Assembly (NCBI GenBank): GCA_009914755.4
Contig: CP086569.2
Location: 6,656,001-6,720,000 of the forward strand
Length of the DNA: 64,000 nt
DNA from: the human T2T-CHM13v2.0 reference genome, Homo sapiens
Direction of reading: 5' to 3'
Below the pieces are notes generated by a model that was not told the origin of the DNA, made no database searches, and saw only the letters and a program-made list of their open reading frames with translations. Shown here one piece after another: positions 1 through 13,615 of this stretch (position 1 is the stretch's first letter; each line of letters begins with the position of its first letter). Both the position numbers and the translations under genes were made by a program.

Positions 1-839
1 ATACCTCCTTGTGTTTTTCATAGGCACTCAGAAGCTCTTAGGAGATAAGGATATAGGGAACTTGCCATCCAGAGACTTCTGCAGAGAATATGCATTAATA
101 TCACCATCATATTCTCACTGACTCCCCCTTTTTTAAAATAAGGGAGATGGGGCTTAGACTAAGACGTGTTCTTAAATTCCATCCCTCCTCCTTTTTTTCT
201 GACTGTAGTTTTCATCTGAGGCAGAGAGAAATGACACATATAGCTAAATTAGACCTGATTATCTGTTGTTTTTCTTGGACTTTTGAAGTTTTTGCTAACA
301 ACCACAGCATAGTCTTGAACATTACATAATAGCATAATGTATTAATTTTAAAAATGCGTTTTGTGGTTAACCTTGACATAAGAATACCCAGCTCATTTCC
401 CAACCACATGGATTAATACAGATTTGATGAACTGAAATGTGCCCTTCTGCTGCCGCATAGTTCAGTTGTTTTAGGGATGGAAGCTGGCTTGAGAATTTCT
501 AAATTTGATGAACATTCAGAGGTTCTAGAAACTATCACGATTCTGAAACTGTTTGTAAGAAATGCCTTGACTGTACTGGGAAATACATCAAAATGACACT
601 TTTGAATCTGAAAAGAACTGAGTCCTGTACATTTTTTATTTTAGTTAAGAGTTTGAATCCAGCTTATGAGGAAAAAAAAAAGAAAGCGGATGCTATATAT
701 TTTTGGCTTGTCAGTTTGAAAACAAACTGGTTGATGCCCATTTTCACGGTCATAACCATTTTGATCTCTCCATGGCTTCCAGAAACCACCATTTTACTTT
801 CTGTCTGTAGTTCTGACTACTATGGTGACTTCACATAAG

Positions 840-1145
840 TGTAATCATACATAAATTGTCCTTTTGTGTTGGGCTTATTTCAGTTAGCATAGTGTCCTTT
901 AGGTTCACATGCACTGTAGCATTTGTCAGAATTTCATTCTTTTTAAAGATTGAGTAATTTGTCAGACATATGGGTTGCTTCCACTTTTTGGCTATTGTGA
1001 ATAATGGAGCTGTGTACATTGAAGTGTCTGTTTGAGTCTCTTGTCTCCAGTTCCTTTGGGTGTAACCTAGAAGTGGACTTGCTGGATCAGATGGTAATTC
1101 TCTTCACTTTTTTGATGGCCTGCCATTTTGTTTTTCTGAAGGTTT
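840..1145 (-). mobile_element. L1 (LINE-1) ORF2 C-terminal region fragment, older subfamily
   Basis: Minus-strand ORF 831-1019 translates to the L1 ORF2 motif ..LFTIAKKWKQP..YSIFKKNEIL..; plus strand reads the antisense string ttccactttttggctattgtgaataatg. Confidence 0.6.
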
Positions 1146-1477
1146 AATTCTTTGTGAGATGTGATAAAAGTAGGGTCCAACCGTGACTCCTGTGATCTGA
1201 TGCAAAGGTTAACCTGCTGCAGCCTGCATGCCGGATTTAGCCCTTGCTACTTATGCACAGTTGGTGTGCTAAGGATACTTTTAATATTTTTGGATGTCTG
1301 AAAAAAACTGAGGGATAGTACGTCATGATCCATGAAAATTAAGTGAAACTCAGATTTCACTGTACGTAGCTGAGATTTCATTGGAACACAGCTACACCCG
1401 TTACCTGTTCTCTATAGTACAGAAGTTGTATGGCCATGTATCAGGATTTGCTGTGACCCTTCAAGAACAAATCTGTG

Positions 1478-1771
1478 AGGCTGGCATGGTGGCTTCATGG
1501 CTGTAATCCTAGCCCTTTCAGAAGTCGAGGTGGGAGGATTGTTTTAGCTCAGGAGTTGAAGACCAGCCTGGGCAACATGGTGAAACCCTATCTATACTCA
1601 CTTAAAAAAATTAGCCAGGTGTGATTGTGTATGCCTGTAGTTCCAGCTACTCAAGAGGCTGAGGTGGGAGGATTGGTTGAGCTTGAGAGTTTAATGCTAC
1701 AGTGAGCTGAGATAGTACCACTACATTTCATCCTGGGTAATGGAATGAGATCATGTCTCAAAAAAAAAATA
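1478..1771 (+). mobile_element. Alu SINE
   Basis: ggctggcatggtggcttcatggctgtaatcc ... gcctgggcaacatggtgaaaccc ... terminal poly-A. Confidence 0.9.
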
Positions 1772-2589
1772 AAGTCCGACAAGCTTACTTATGGCTCTGA
1801 GTACATGCATCAAGCTGTCCATCTAATTAATCACACAGTCCTACACATTACTTCTGTCACTTTTTTGCATGTAAGCACCAATCCATTGCTTAAGCCCCCA
1901 GGAGGAGTTTCTTCAGTAGGACATGGAGAGTGTAAAAACTCCAACCAAGTCTTTCATCTTGCCCATTTCAGGTACATTTTCTTCTCTGTTTGCATTCCAA
2001 AACGTAGCTTCCTATCGTGCCTATTAAGGAACTGCCTATTCTCATTGACTAAGAGGTAAATATCTGTATAATAGAAGAACCAAACTGAGGAAAATCATCA
2101 AAATCTAGTTACTTTTTTCAGACACTGTTTTTGGACAAGGTTTGTACCCAATTAGGAGGCATAGTCTTCTATTTTTAATTTGTGATATTTCCATAAAATC
2201 GTGTAGATCTTACACTTGTTAAGTGTAGGGTATTTTCAATTTATTTTTTATGTTATTTTATTTTTTTCAAAGAGCTGTTCTCTGCACTGAAGCCTGGGTG
2301 TGACTTGTTAAAAGTTAAATTCACATAGCATCTGTCTCCTCCATTAGCTTCTTGCATTTAAAAAATATCTCCTTCGACATATCATTTAAGGGCAACACTT
2401 TGTTCGGTATTTAATTTGTTGGCAGAAATATCAGCCCAGAACTTCTTAATATACTTACCTAATGCTATTGCACATACCAATATAATTTACATTTAACTTA
2501 TTATTTTATTGAATTCATGAGAGTGATCTTAGGACCTGTGATAAATTTGAACAGGCACATTACAAATCAGGCTAAGTTTAAACTAGGAA

Positions 2590-3205
2590 GCCAACTTTAA
2601 GACTGTTTTTGTAGGAAATTGGGAATTGTGTATTGTCTTATCTACAACCATCTGATCTTTGACAAACCTGACAAAAACAAGCGATGGGGAAAGGATTCCC
2701 TATTTAATAAATGGTGCTGGGAAAACTGGCTGGCCATATATGGAAAGCTGAAACTGGATCCCTTCCTTACACCTTATACAAAAATTAATTCAAGATGGAT
2801 TAAGGATTTACATGTTAGACCTGAAACCATAAAAACCCTGGAAGAAAACTGAGGCTATCCATTCAGGACATAAGCATGGGCAAGGACTTCATGTCTGAAA
2901 CACCAAAAGCAATGGCAACAAAAGCCAAAATTGACAAATGGGATCTAATTAAACTAAAGAGCTTCTGCACAGCAAAAGAAACTACCATTAGAGTGAACAG
3001 GCAACCTACAAAATGGGAGAAAATTCTCACAACCTACTCATCTGACAAAGGGCTAATATCCAGAATCTACAATGAACTCAAACCAATTTACAAGAAAAAA
3101 ACAAACAACCCCATCAAAAAGTGGGCAAAGGATATGAACAGACACTTCTCAAAAGAAGACATTTATGCAGCCAAAAAAAAACATGAAAAAATGCTCTTTT
3201 GAAAT
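2590..3205 (+). mobile_element. L1 ORF2 3'-region fragment (sense on +)
   Basis: ORFs 2619-2852 and 2876-3202 translate to L1 ORF2 peptides (..[22 protein letters not shown].. and ..[20 protein letters not shown]..). Confidence 0.85.
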
Positions 3206-3768
3206 TGTGTTTTAATTGTATTTGCATGAAGAAGCAGCTTGTTTCCTATTAGACTGGTAAAGTGGGAACACTAGAAAAGAGAAAGGTGGGATTTGGGAAA
3301 TATGACATGAAGATGTTGTTAAAAAAGGGATGCATATAATTAAATATGACAAGAACAGTGCTACTTAAATATGAAAGCTGCTAACATTTTAATGTTCTCT
3401 TTATAAACAAAAGAAACTTTAAGAATTTTAACATCTGCTAGAGCTCAGTCTAATCTGAATTCTTTTTTTCATCTGACCTTTTTATTTTTTCTTTCTCAAA
3501 CACACTAACTCATTTTAAAAATTACTTTTGAGAACCAAGTAATCTGTTTCCATTTAAGAAGGCTACAGATAAATATTATGTTCCATTTGAAATGACAGTT
3601 TCACTCATTTTATACATTTACTTATATGACTATTTTAGGTTCCTTTTAAATAAATAGCTTAAATTCATCCTTTTGGGAGCCACTGATTAAAATGTTTGCA
3701 CGTTCATTGTGGTTTTAAAATTTGCATTTGTTTAATTGTGATAAAAAATACACCAAAAGTGTATTTCT

Positions 3769-3802
3769 GTGTGTTTGTGTCCGTATGTGTGTGTGTGTTT
3801 TC
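3769..3802. repeat. (GT)n-rich simple repeat abutting an Alu
   Basis: gtgtgtttgtgtccgtatgtgtgtgtgtgttt. Confidence 0.8.
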
Positions 3803-4082
3803 AGAGAGGGTCTCACTCTGTTGCCCTGGCTGGAGTGCAGTGGTGTAATGTTGGCTCACTGCAATCTCCCTTCCAGATTCAAGTGACCTTCCTGCCTCAG
3901 TCTCCCAAGTAGCTGGGACCACAGGGCCACACCACCATGCCTGACTAATTTTTGGTATTTTTTGTAGAGATGGGGTTTCCCTGTGTTGTCCAGGCTGGTC
4001 TTGAGCTCCTGGGCTTAAGTGATCCATCTGCCTCAGTGTCCCAGCGTGCTGGAATTATATGCGTGAGTCACTGCGCCTGGCC
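3803..4082 (-). mobile_element. Alu SINE
   Basis: Reverse-complement Alu: gagagggtctcactctgttgccctggctggagtgcagtgg ... gtgagtcactgcgcctggcc. Confidence 0.9.
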
Positions 4083-6084
4083 TATGTTTGTGTTTAAGGT
4101 CTGAGAATATTAATAGAGCAAAGGAAACACACCAGTATTCCAGTGAGCAGTGTGTGCAGTTATTCCCACTGTGTGATTATATTGTTTTTTACAAGTCTAC
4201 ATTTATGGCTTTACCTATATTTGAATATGTGAATTCATGCAGTGTAATTGTACAGCACTGTGCTCGCTTAGTGGCACAGAGAGGTTGAGTTATTGACTAG
4301 GGGACCCATAATTGTCAGCAAGAAATTCTGGGATTTAGCCAAGGACAGCCTCACTCCAAGATCATGCTGCTTCTCAGAGTTTGCTTGGATTGTTAGAGTG
4401 TAATTTCTGGAAAACAAGGCCATGCTGGAATCTAGAGGAGAGAAAGATGACTCACACTGGGTATGAGTAGAGTGTGGTTGAGATGTGCAAACAAGATATA
4501 GGTAAGAAAGGAAAATGCAAACTAGTAGAAGAAGGAGTTGGGCTTTTTGTTCTTATTTTTTATTTTAAGATAGGTCATGTGGTATAACAGGAAGCTGATG
4601 GAACTTAGGGTCAGACCACCTGGGATCATTCTTGGATTCCAACCTCCCTTGCCATTGTATCCAGAGGTCAGCTTGTCTTTGAGATATCTAGGGACGGTGA
4701 TGCAGTGGAGATCAGGGTGTTAGTGAAGATTAAACTCATGTAACATGAAGCATGACACACATTCTGCATGTTTGTCTTTGTACCATGACATACTTGGACA
4801 TACATATTCCTGATCTGGTAAGAATTGATTCCGTATGTTTTTTGTGACCTCAGCATTCCACGCCCAGACTCTGAAGTCAAAGGGGACAATCAGAGCCAGA
4901 GCCCTTAGTAGTTGGGAAATTCTGATCGCCAGTCAGCACAAATATTTGACTATTGGAAATTTTTTTAATGGTGAGCTCTTTTTCTGTTTCGAGATTTGGT
5001 AGTCCTTTCTGATTAGTAGACAGAGAAGTCTGTTTGACAGAGTTAATGTGAGGCCCTGCACTGGCTGTCACCTCATGCAGTGCACTGTCCTTCCATGGCC
5101 TGTTCTGTTAGTTTAGCGAGGTCAATAATACCTGCCCATCTCACAGAGTTTACATCCAAGTGTTTCATCATGGTGGAAGTGGTTTTTAATGAAACAATAG
5201 ATTTCTTGGTTTTGCTTCAAGGAAATGTCTGAAGTGTTTGCTTTCCCAGTGATTTCATGCTCTAAACTGCCTTTTTGTGCCCATGGCCCATGAGCATAAA
5301 ACAGCGTCGTTGCTATTCAGGCAAATAAAAGCCAGATAAAAGAAAACCTCACTGTTTAGCCATTGTATCAGAGAGAGCCAAACTGCCTTTCTTCCCAAGC
5401 CCTGGTTTTTAGGGGATCACGTGTCACCCACACCTGAAATCTATTCTAATTATCTGTGTTGCATAACAAGAAAGGCCACTGAGGAATCAGAATTCTTACA
5501 AGCATGGACATGCTTATTTTATGAATTGAAAAATATTCCTAATCAGCAGTTGTGGTTACACAAAATTAGGCCTGATGTAAGGTTCCACAATTTAAAAAGC
5601 ACTGTATGTGTTTAACTATGATTTACAGTCATTTATATTAAGAATAGTTGCTAGTGGTTTTGCAAGTTTCCAGCAGTTGTAATGCAACTAGGGAAGCTTT
5701 TACATATCAAAGTCAGGAGCCACCAATACAGAACAGATTTTAACAGGTATTAGGGTATCTGGGAATTACGTGAGAGGAAAATTAACTGAATTCTATAGGT
5801 AAAAAGTGAAATTCATTTACTCCTCCAACCATGTACTCTGTTGCTTTCTTGGTGAGAGAAATGACTGACCTACTTGGTCTCCATGAAACTTGGTCTTCTT
5901 ACCTATAAATAAGATACTAAGTGTTGATCTGAGAATGTATGAGTCTAAATTTTACATAATGGGAAACATGCATACATGAGTGAAAAGCAGAACGCTGTGA
6001 TAACTCACTCTTGTTCCAGCTACAATTTTGTAAACACCATAGGCTTACTATAGGAAAGGAAGTATCTTAGAAAATCCTAAAATT

Positions 6085-6735
<651 letters not shown>

Positions 6736-6984
6736 CCAGAACTTGGAGTTCACATTCTACCACTTGTTAGCTGTGAAACCAGTCTACATTGTTCACTTAC
6801 ACTCTTAAGAAAGCAGCCTTTTGTCTACAAAATGAAAACAAATGGGACTGATGTGATGGTTAATTTATTTAATGGACGTAATAAACACTTTCTTGACAAA
6901 TGAGAATGTGAAAAAATTATTGAGTACAGATGAGGCATAACCATCCTTGCTGTTCAAGAATTATAGCATGGAAACAGTTGATAT

Positions 6985-7285
6985 GGCTGGGCATGGTGGC
7001 TCATGCTTATAATCCCAGCCCTTTGGGAGCTGAGGCAGGTGAATCAGTTGAGGTCAGGAATTCAAGACCAGTCTGGCCAACATGGTGAAACCCCGCCTCT
7101 GCTAATAACACAAAAATTAGCCTGGAGTGATGGTGGGTGCCTGTAATCCCAGCTACTCAGGAGGCTGGGGCAGGAGATTCACTTGAGCCCAGACGGTTGC
7201 AGTGAGCAGAGATTGCGCCACTTCACACTCCAGCCTGGGTAACAGGGTAACACTGTGTCTCAAAAAAAAAAAGAAAAAAAGAAAA
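6985..7285 (+). mobile_element. Alu SINE
   Basis: ggctgggcatggtggctcatgcttataatcccagccctttgggag ... poly-A/(A)n(G). Confidence 0.9.
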
Positions 7286-7494
7286 CAGTCACTATGTAGT
7301 TCTCATGACCCAATTAAAATATTATAGTTAGGATGTTATGTTTGTGTTAAAACTAAGAATACACTGTACAGAACTTGTGGAAGAAGCTTGGAACAGAGGC
7401 TGCCTGTGCATTAAGACTAAGAGGACTTGCAAAGAGTTAGAAGACTTTTAATGTTTTACTTTTACATCAAGTTTTCTTAACTGTGGCACTGTAG

Positions 7495-7680
7495 ACATGT
7501 AGGGCTGGAGAACTCTCTGTGGTGGGACCGTCCTGTTCACCAGGGGAGGTCCAGCACCATCTCTGGGCATTCCTTCCTGGATGCCAGCAACATCCATACC
7601 ATATAATGACCACCAAAAGTGTCTCCAGACATTGCCCACTGTCCCCCTGGGGGGCAACATGACCCCAATTGAGAACCACC
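7495..7680 (+). mobile_element. Non-autonomous DNA transposon fragment (hAT/MER-like); family uncertain
   Basis: Ancient-repeat motif ...ccaaaagtgtctccagacattgcccactgtccccctggggggcaacatgaccccaattgagaaccac, a terminal TIR-like gagaaccac. Related copies occur at about 12560-12700 and 52745-52930. Confidence 0.4.
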
Positions 7681-8689
7681 TAAAATTTCCCCAGTGAAAC
7701 TGCATTACTTCTCTAACTTTAATAGCAACCTAAAAAATTACAGACGTCATTTTTAAACCAACAAGATTACTCTGCCTAATTTTACATACTGAACAGTTGG
7801 TTGTTTTTATGAGGGCTTTTGCACTTGTATTCTGAAAGCACCACCTTAACAAAAAGTGATGTTGCATGACTGTCCCAACGACAGCTGGCAGCAGCTATGG
7901 AAGCATCCCAGGAACCAAAAGCCAGCCTGATGTTGCCCTCATGCACTTGCGGCTCTTTCAGTGTGGCCATTCTAAGTAACCAAGTACACATGTGTGCTGC
8001 TTCTGGGATAAAGCACCTCTGTATGTTAGTTGTCTGAAGTCACATTGATGATATCAGTAGGTTATCTATTCTAATTTAGTAATGCATTACGAGTGCGCAG
8101 CTGAATATGAGTTAGCTCCAAGGCAGGGATCAGCAAACTACTGCACATAGGCCAGCTGGCCTGCAGGTTGTTTTTGCAGATAGTTTTCTTAGAACACACA
8201 CACATCTGTTTACATAAACACACCTACCTGATTACGGATTGCCAGTGGTTTCCAGTTGGAGTTAAATATGATGACATAGATAGTGAGGGTAAGGCTGAGG
8301 AGGTCTCAGATGGAGATGAGGAACTTACTGGGACCTGGAGTAAAGGTCACTTTTGTTATGCATCAGCAAGGAGGTTGGGATGTGGCATTGTGCTTCTGCC
8401 CTAGGGATCTGTGGAACTTTGAACTTAAGAGTGATGATTTAGAGTATCTGGTGGAAAACATTTGTAAGCAGCAAAGCATGCAAGATGTGGCCTGCTTCTA
8501 AAAGGCTATGCTCATATGCGTGAGCAAAAATAATCTACTTGAAACTGGAACTTATATTTAAAAGGGAAAGAGCATGTAAAAGTTTGGAAAATTTGCAGCT
8601 ATGACGTGATAAAAAAGAAAAGCCTATTTTCTGGGGAGGAATTCAAACATGCTGCAGAAATTTGAATAAAAGGACAGCAAGGGCTGATA

Positions 8690-8985
8690 ACCAAGGCAAT
8701 GGGGAAAATTCTATTAATAGGTACAGTCCAAGTAACTGCATAAATTTCAGACCAATTAAAAGTATTAAAGATTAATAAAATGAAGAGCTTGCAATGATTG
8801 GTGATGGGTACATTGTGTATATGCAAATTGTTCATAAGGCTTCTACACTAGTTGTGTTTCAGTTGTCTAATTTCTGTTTATTCTCATTGTGCAGAAGTAG
8901 GTTACTACCGACTCCAATACAAATTAGTGTGAATTGTGAATTGCTTGGTCTAAAATGAAAAGAGCACTCAACATGGAGCTCCTGA
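8690..8985 (+). repeat. Unclassified interspersed repeat or local duplicate, copy 2
   Basis: Direct-orientation paralog of 6384-6735. The six-frame ORFs 6249-6536(-) and 8599-8835(-) give near-identical peptides, reflecting this duplication. Confidence 0.5.
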
Positions 8986-10418
8986 AAGCATTTCAGATAG
9001 CTTCATGACAGCCCCTCCTATTACGTACCGAATCCTAGGAGGGAAAAATGATTCCCTGGACCAGGCCCAAGGCCTTGCTGTCCTACACAACCTCAGTACG
9101 CTGCTTCCTGCATTCCAGCTGCTCTGTCTCTGACTCTAGCTGCACCCTTCGCTCAGATGGCCCCGGTACAGCTTAAGACACTGCTTCAGAGGCTGCAGGC
9201 TGTAAGCCTGTGTCTTCTACATGGTGTTAAGCCTGCAGGTGCATAGAGTACAAGAGTTGAAGCTTGGTAGCCTCTGCCTAGATTCAGAAGATATACAGAA
9301 AAAGCCTGGATGTCCAGACAGAAGCCTGATGCAGGACCAGAACCATCATGGAGAACGTTTGCTAGGGCATTGCAAAGGGCAAAGGTGGGATTGGCGCCCT
9401 GATATGGAGTCCTCACTGGAGCACTGCCTAGTGGAGCTGTGTTAGATACAGTTATGTTCCCTCTTCAAACAGCTTATCCAGCTTCCCCATTCTCTATCCT
9501 ATAATTCCAAATAACCCCTTGCCTTTCCTGTGCCCCAATTTGTCTGAATATGCCTAGCCATGCCTGAACTTGCTACAACCCCAGCCTGCATGCCTTTCCT
9601 TAGTAGAGAATAGGTTACCTTCCTAGTCCCTCCGTAATTGACCTTCCTTCTCTCTCTTCTCACCTCCCTTACCTTATCTAAGAATGTTTAAATATTTAGC
9701 CAGTTGGGACTAGTTTAGACTGTGTGGTCCAACCCTAGCCAATAGGGGAAAGACACAGAAGCACAAGCTGCATTAGAGATAATAAAACCCCTGCTTTCCT
9801 TTGGTCTGTATGCTTTTGCCATTGCTCCATACATGAGTTGCACCCTTGTGCAGAAGTAAATTTTCCTTGCTGAGACGTTCTTTGTCTAAGTGCTTGTTTT
9901 CTTTGCGACTCCAAGTTCTTATTCCCAACAAGCTATGAGAAGAGGTCCACCATCCTCCAGACCCCAGTATGGTAGGCATTCAACACCAGATGGTGAGAGC
10001 AACTGCAGGGTCTATACCTTGCAGAGACAGGGGTGGAGCTCCCCATGGCCTTGGTAGCCCACTTCTTGTGCCACTGCACCCAGGATGTGAGACAGGGAGT
10101 CAAAGGAGATTCTTGGAGAATCTCCTTAAAATCTAATGATTGCCTTGCTGGGTTTTGGACTTGCATGGGGCCTGTAGCCCCTTTCTTTTGGCCAATTTCT
10201 CTCTTTTAGAACAGGATAGAATATAACCTAATGCCTATATTCCCATTTTATCTAGGAAGTAACTAATTTGGTTTTGATTTTACAGGCTTATAGGCAGAAG
10301 GAACTTGCCTTGTCTCAGATGACACTTTGAGTTAATGCTGTAATGAGTTGACTTTGGAAGACTATTGGGAAGGCATAATTGTATGTTAAAATGTGAAAAG
10401 TGAGGGGCCAGGTGTGTA

Positions 10419-10845
10419 ATGATATGATTTAAATCTGTGTCCCTGTCCAAATCTCACGTTGAATTGTAATCCACAGTTTTGGAGGTAGGGCCTGGTGGGT
10501 AGTGATTGGATCATGGGAGTAACTTCTCATAGTTTAGCAACATCTCTGGTGGTACTGTATAGTGAGTGAGTTCTGATGAGATTTGGTCGTTTAAAAGTGT
10601 GTAGCACTTTTCTTCCTCTCTCTTTCCCTCCTGCTTTTCCCATGTGAATGTGCCTGGTTTCCCTTCACCTTCCACCATGGTTGTTTCGTGAGTCCTCCCC
10701 AGAAGCAGAAGGTGTTATGCTTCCTTACAGCCTGCAAAGCCTTCAGCAAATTAATCCTCTTTTTTTTCTTTTTTTTTTAATAAATTACCCAGTCTCAGGT
10801 GTTTCTTTATAGCAATGCTTGTTAGTAAAACAGAGGACAGCAATT
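10419..10845 (+). mobile_element. MaLR solo LTR (MST/THE1 group)
   Basis: tgatatgatttaaatctgtgtccctgtccaaatctcacgttgaattgtaatcc ... ccaccatggttgtttcgtgagtcctccccagaagc ... aataaattacccagtctcaggtgtttctttatagcaatgc matches the MaLR LTR consensus architecture. Confidence 0.75.
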
Positions 10846-11927
10846 TTTATCATTTAACCAAGCAGAATGTTTTTGAGCGAAAAATATTTTTAGGTTTTTT
10901 CTTGGTTATAGTTTTCTAGTTCACTTATGGCAGGTATGCTTATTTTTAAAGAACATTAAAGTTTAGGCCTTTAGAATTTGTTTGTAAAATAGTTATTGAT
11001 TATTAAAAAATAATACAAAACATGTTTTATTTGTCATGATTATAACAGTCAAAGGGAAGGGGTGGGTGACTCTTAAGAAACAGATGTGCTCCTGAGAAGT
11101 ACTACAGTGGCAAAAAATTACTGGTCTAGATAAACAGTATTCCAGAAGTGAATTTTAAAAAAAGTTGAGATGGTAACATACGAGGAAATAATGAATGCAT
11201 TGTGACTTTTCACCTCCCCATACCCATTTTCTCATAGTTTGTTGAGGAGAAAGAGAAATGAGGATGTTGGCCTGATTTTGATTCCCAATGGGTAAGGCTC
11301 ATGCAGAACTGCCCTGCTTTTTGACACTATTATGATATTAAAAGTACCATGTACTTTTATAAGTCTTTACCGTCTTGGCACACTTGCATTCATTTTAGTC
11401 AAGTACTGTCACCTTTAGATTTCAGGCTTGCAGAGTCTTTAAAAAATGCACATTAGAGAACGCAGAGTCTTCTAACAATAAAATCTCAGCTTATTAGGAT
11501 GTTTAGTGACCAGGGTATTCAGAGTCAGTTAGAAAAGTGTCTTTAGAATTTCAGCATATGGAGATGTCTTTCATAGAGAAACCTGGAAGAGTTTGGCAAA
11601 CCCTAGCATGTTGAGCATGGAGTATCGTCATCTGCATGGGCACTCAGACACCTGGACAAATGAATCAGCAGTAAGACAGGATGGAGGGGTTCACAGAATA
11701 CATGCTTCCCACTACCCGGAGCTGTGAGGAAATCATGAGGACTGACTGAGCATTCATTGTACACATGTGCACATGTTGGTTGCTATGCCCTGGGATGTGG
11801 CAGCAAAGAATAAGCATGTGAAATATTTAAAATTATTTATTAGGTGGATTAAATAAGCTCCCAGCACTCAGAAGACAGCCAGGCATGTAACAGGTGATAT
11901 ATATGTGTTAGTTAATATCATAATTTA

Positions 11928-12045
11928 ACAGAGACGAGGTTTTGCTACATTGCCCCAGCTGAACCTGAACTCCTGGCCTCAAGCCATCCTCCCACCTCAG
12001 CCTCCCAAAGTGCTGCAATTACAAGCATCAACCACTGTGCCCAAC
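11928..12045 (-). mobile_element. Partial Alu (antisense)
   Basis: gagacgaggttttgctacattgccccagctg ... cctcagcctcccaaagtgctgcaattacaagcatcaaccactgtgcccaacc. Confidence 0.6.
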
Positions 12046-12559
12046 CTATTATTATTTTTGAATAACTTTATTTAACCCACTGTTGCCAATGGTTTTGAAG
12101 TGTGGAGCCATTTTTCAGATGACACATGCTAAACTACTGAACAGCCTGAGAAATGTCGCTCTGAAGAGCATGCCTTGGCAAACACTCTCCTACTTAATCA
12201 ATCTCCAGTTGATTGGCTTCCAAGTTCATTTGGTTCTCATTTTTCCTAACAACAACCCTGCAAATCATTACCCCCATTTGATGAGGTGCTGGCTGAGAAG
12301 GCTGCTTGCCTAGGTATGTTTCCCACCTGCCTGTGACAAGCTGTTAGATTCTGAAAGCTGGTGGTGCTGGCCTCAGTTAGCTGAGTGATTCCAGTGTAGG
12401 GTCTTTCGAGGCTGCAGGCAAGATGTCCGCCCACCTAAGGTGGGATGGGGGCAGGAGGGGCTGTGTCCTGGCACCTCCCTCCTGTGGCTGCTGAGTTGGT
12501 ATGGCTGTAGGCGGGGGGCCTCAGTGTTGTACTGTACTGGCCTCGCCGTGAGCACCCAA

Positions 12560-12700
12560 AGGGATTTTATCATACAAATTTGATTCTGTTTTATCAAGAG
12601 ATGCCAGTAGTACCTCCACTTCCAGTTGTGAAACCCCAAAATATCTCCAGACATTGCCTAATATCCCCTGGGAGATGGCGGGGGATGTGGGGAGGGGGCA
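12560..12700 (+). mobile_element. DNA transposon fragment (same family as 7495-7680)
   Basis: ...gatgccagtagtacctccacttccagttgtgaaaccccaaaatatctccagacattgcctaatatcccctggg. Confidence 0.35.
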
Positions 12701-13371
12701 ACAGCGGGCACTGTCAATCCTGTTCCAGAACACTGTAGTAAAATACAGAAATGTGATGCCAATCCCATGCTTTTATTTAGGATTGCATGTGTAACACATA
12801 TGCTTCTGAGTGGGAAAGTAACTGTTTGCTCCAAGCAGAAAATGGTGCATCCTTTGTTGTCATGGGGCAAATGCTTAGTAAGGATTTGACCAATGTAGAG
12901 GAATGCTCAGTGTGCAGTGGCAGCCAGGTAGTGAGCAGATGCAGCCCTGCACACAGCGTGAGTTTGTCAGTGTTTGCCAAGCAGTACTCCGGTATGCAGT
13001 CACTGCTGGCTATGGCTCTTAGGCAGGCAGGCTCCTGGCTCCTCCTTGTGTGTCCATCCCGTTTGTTGGCCACCCTGCCTGCTGGCACTAGGCCATCTGC
13101 TCCTTTTCCCAGGTTCTGGTTGCTCCAGCTTGGCCTCCCTCTGCCCATTCTGTGCACCTTTCATTCTTGGGGAGGAGGAGACTCAGGTAAAGAAGGATAA
13201 AGCAGAACGATGCCAGGAAATTCCACTGCTAGCCAGTTGCCCCAAGGACTCGAATGCTCATAGTAGCATGGTTGACCCAAGCCAGGTGGCTGTCAGCTGC
13301 TGCCTGGAGAAACACAGTGCGGTCCAGCCACACAGTGGCATAGTATTCAGCTATAAAAAGAGTGAAGCCCT

Positions 13372-13615
13372 GGGCCTGGTATGGTGACTCAGCCTGTCAT
13401 CCCAGCACTTTGGGAAGCCGAGGTGGGTGGATCACCAGGTCAGGAGATCGAGACCATTCTGACTAACATGGTGAAAACCAGTCTCTACTAAAAATACAAA
13501 AAATTAGCCAGGTGGGGAGGTGGTCTCCTGACTACTAAGCCTGGAGTTCGAGACCAACCTGGGCAATATAGTGAGACCCCATCTCTGTTTTTTAAAAACA
13601 ATAAAATTTTTTAAA
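13372..13615 (+). mobile_element. Alu SINE (internally rearranged)
   Basis: ggcctggtatggtgactcagcctgtcatcccagcactttgggaagccgaggtgggtggatcaccaggtcaggagatcgagacc ... A-rich tail. Confidence 0.7.

Noticed and set aside
831-3205. Oppositely oriented L1 ORF2 fragments (840-1145 minus, 2590-3205 plus) as a single twin-primed or inverted L1
   Set aside because: The fragments are separated by about 1.4 kb that contains an Alu and non-L1 sequence. The segment order does not fit a simple 5'-inversion junction, so I treated them as independent old insertions.
12370-13390. GC-rich block with overlapping 126-137-aa ORFs on both strands (12777-13157 minus, 12787-13200 plus, 12974-13387 plus)
   Set aside because: Overlapping ORFs on both strands are expected by chance in GC-rich, stop-poor sequence. 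There are no splice signals, no homology I can recognise, and few CpGs, so it is not an island. It is probably an old repeat or neutral intergenic DNA.
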